A stretch of 64,000 bases of DNA, taken from Klebsormidium nitens. Lineage: Eukaryota > Plantae > Klebsormidiophyceae. The translations under genes were made by a program, and so were the position numbers. The notes beneath the pieces were generated by a model that made no database searches, had not been told where the DNA came from, and saw only the letters and a program-made list of their open reading frames with translations. How positions within the stretch are numbered: the stretch's first letter is position 1; every line of letters starts with the position of its first letter. Where the stretch lies: positions 124,001 to 188,000 of the forward strand of contig DF237011.1 in assembly GCA_000708835.1 (NCBI GenBank), read 5' to 3'. Positions 61,411 to 64,000 of the stretch are shown here, in pieces.

Positions 61411-63467
61411 TCAACCCTCCCATTGAGCTAGCTCACCCCTCTCCTGCAAAGCAAATGACGAAACAAGGTCACCGTAAGCTTCGCTAAGTATAGCCAACGG
61501 ACTGACAAACCTTTGGCAGGGTAGCAAGTTTGCACAACAAGCAGACAAGTCAACGTTGTGTTTTTCTCTCACCGACTATTGTAACAACTCAGTCACGACT
61601 CGTTCAGACCACCAGAGCTCTCAAAGGTATGATCTCGAATAGATGCCCATATTACAATGACGCTTCGTCTAGGGATCAGAGCCTGGTCGTCTTAAGAGGG
61701 CCTTGTTCAAAGGACAGTTTGCATTCAAATGAGCGAAGTCATGACCTTTCTAAATCATGATCTGAACTTTCGTATCACCAGCCCGCCGCCCAGTTCCGAC
61801 TAAGACCGACAGTCATGACCAGATTGTCCAAAGATTGGACGTGCGTGTGATCCCGCAACTCACCATCTCGAGTTCCGCTGTGAACAACTCCATGAGCTGA
61901 TCGGCCCGGGCAACGATTGCAGGGAAGGAGTCCTTGCAGAACGTGTGTGCGTTTTGCCGTATCAACTCCATGTCATCCCGCAAAGTCGACACTGTGTAGT
62001 CCGAGCCCGCAACCTTGTTGAAGATGGTCGACAGACTCATGGGCCTGAAAGAAGGAAGAAAGATGAAACGGTAGTTTTTCGAGACGGGTCTGACCTCTCC
62101 CTATGGGCCTGAAAGAAGAAACAAAGATGAAACGACACTTCTCCGGGACGATTTTGACCTCTCCCTATGGGCCTGGAAGAAGAAAGAAAGATGAAACGGT
62201 ACTCTCCAGGAAGATTTTGACCTCTCCCTGCGCGGAACTGGCTCAACACCGGAAAGTCGATACCTTTCGAGCAAAGATCCGGACCAACTCGAGATGTAAG
62301 CATCAAGTGCTTCGCCCAGGATTCTCATACTTCGAATTTGCTTGAGATTGTGCACCCAGTTTGATTTCGATATGAAGCGAAATCAAACATTCAAGTTTCC
62401 ATTAGAGCGCTCTCAGTGAAGCGAGTCTCCAGTCATTACGGGCAGTGGAAACTAAGGGCAGATCAAGCAGATCTCCGGGACGAGTATGGCTTCCTAGCTA
62501 GGTGCGGCTTTCAAGGACCGACGGATGATGTCTTTTGTCGTCCTTCTGACAAGGTAAGGAGGCGGGACCCCAGAACTTCTGACCAATCCGCTACATGGGC
62601 CAGAAGCTCTCACAGCAACGAGTATTGCCAGTCAAGAAGCGAACAAGCTGCAAAACGCGACCAATCTTTGTCTCAAGAAGAGCCATGGCTTGGATGCCAT
62701 ACGCAGTTTTTCATCGACGAAGGCTTGAAGACATGAAGGCCGGTAAAAAACGATGCAATCATCATGTGGAGATTGAGATTGAACATAGAGAAAATGCAGA
62801 GATATCGGTCCGCTCAAGAGCCTAGCAAGAAAGTACACAGAACTTCCATAGCGATTGCGTACCTGGAGATAACCTTGCTATACCCCGGCGCCACTTTCTC
62901 CGACACCAGGTCCCGGAAGTCTTGAGCGCACTCAGCCTTCTCTAACCTCTCCAGTATCCGCCTGATGATCCTGTTGCGCTCCAGCTGCCTTTGTCTTGAC
63001 GTGTAAGTGAACGGGGGGTGCGAAACAGGGGATGGGTTGGCACCATGCACGCTTCTGACATGCTTCTTAGACCGCTCCTCTTCAGAGTCCCGCAACCTCT
63101 TGGATCCACCCCCCTGAGAGCCTTTGATATCGCTGCTGACCACTATTATGCCAAAGGCGTCATAGATGTGACCCAAAAGGGCCTCCGTGGAGACTTGCTT
63201 GCCGCGCACGTCGCTTTTCCCCGTGAGAATGAGAAACAGCAGACGGAGGGTTGGGCCGTGCAACGGCGCGAGCGCAGACCTGTCGACCTGCGACCCCGTT
63301 TCGAGAACTTCCCCGCGGAGCTTTTCGGGGCCTCGCTGTTTGATGAGCCCCTCCAAAGCGTAGAGAAGCTGCTTCCCGTTGTCGCCTGCCAGAGAGTGGT
63401 CCAACGTCGTCCAGGAGTCGGGATGGTAAAGGAGGTCGTGTAGACTCGTCTCAGCGCGCGCAGAAAG
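61411..63467 (-). CDS. Bromodomain-containing protein, 3' part, with an unidentified upstream domain
   Basis: Exons 63467-62863, 62044-61864 and probably 61443-61411. The spliced sequence IRRILERLEKAECAQDFRDLVSEKVAPGYSKVISR|PMSLSTIFNKVAGSDYTVSTLRDDMELIRQNAHTFC...ADQLMELF fits the bromodomain fold. Confidence 0.75.
62035..62232 (-). repeat. 64-bp tandem repeat: acceptor echoes of the bromodomain exon (three copies including the real one)
   Basis: tttcatctt...tt(t/c)cag|gcccat at 62044, 62108 and 62172. Confidence 0.9.
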
Positions 63468-64000
63468 CTGCAAGAATGAACAACCCCGCAAGTTACAAAG
63501 AGCTTGCCTTCTTTTACGAAACTTGGCTACTAGATATGTATTCAAACGTCTGAGCTGACCCCAAGCGACTGACACACACGAACGTCTGGACAAGAACCGA
63601 CGGAAAAGCACGTTCTCCGTCTCAAAAAGGGGACTCGATCAAACTTTTTCTGGGACCAAGTAAAACCCTGCTACATGCGACTAATTCAGGCCCCACATTT
63701 TGTTGTCAATGAATTTGAAGGCTGCCCACGCTGCTCTCTTCTTGCATGACATATGGCACACGGGAAGCAAAATAGCTGACCGAAAGTTGAAAGAAACTTG
63801 TTTGAAGTTACAACACCAAAATCAGACTCATGCCTTCAACAGTGACCAAACATCCAGTGCCAAACTGGCGAATTGACCCTTATGACATGGGCGAATCGTT
63901 TAATTTCCGAACCCATTTCGGTGCCCAATCTGGACAACGTCCAAACCAAGGCGCCTTGCAGTGATGAAGCTGCAAAACAGGAACAAAGGTCCCTCCAGCC

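Noticed and set aside
40000-64000. LTR/LINE retrotransposon or DDE transposase
   Set aside because: I saw no RT (YxDD), integrase, gag zinc-knuckle, paired LTRs or transposase motifs.

Overview
This is eukaryotic, intron-rich DNA from a green plant lineage. Strong GCTGAC-type branch points and plant gene families suggest a streptophyte alga of Klebsormidium grade (an inference, not a search result). I reconstructed GT-AG exon chains by hand. The left 40 kb holds three head-to-head gene pairs: (1) a type-I membrane protein (-) with a cinnamoyl-CoA-reductase-like SDR (+); (2) an L-ascorbate-oxidase-like multicopper oxidase (-) with a double-WHy LEA2 protein (+); (3) SEC61 gamma (-) with an ERD2-related receptor (+). 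The right 24 kb holds a degenerate spliced locus, a spliced P-loop NTPase + PD-(D/Q)xK nuclease gene resembling Crinkler (CR) effectors, and an atypical bromodomain gene. The most striking pattern is 'splice-junction echoes', found at about 16 junctions in 7 genes. Each consists of decayed tandem copies (mostly 100-185 bp) of a splice site plus the adjacent half-exon, stacked in the intron. Acceptor copies lie upstream of the real exon and donor copies downstream. In several arrays the copies become more diverged with distance from the functional exon.
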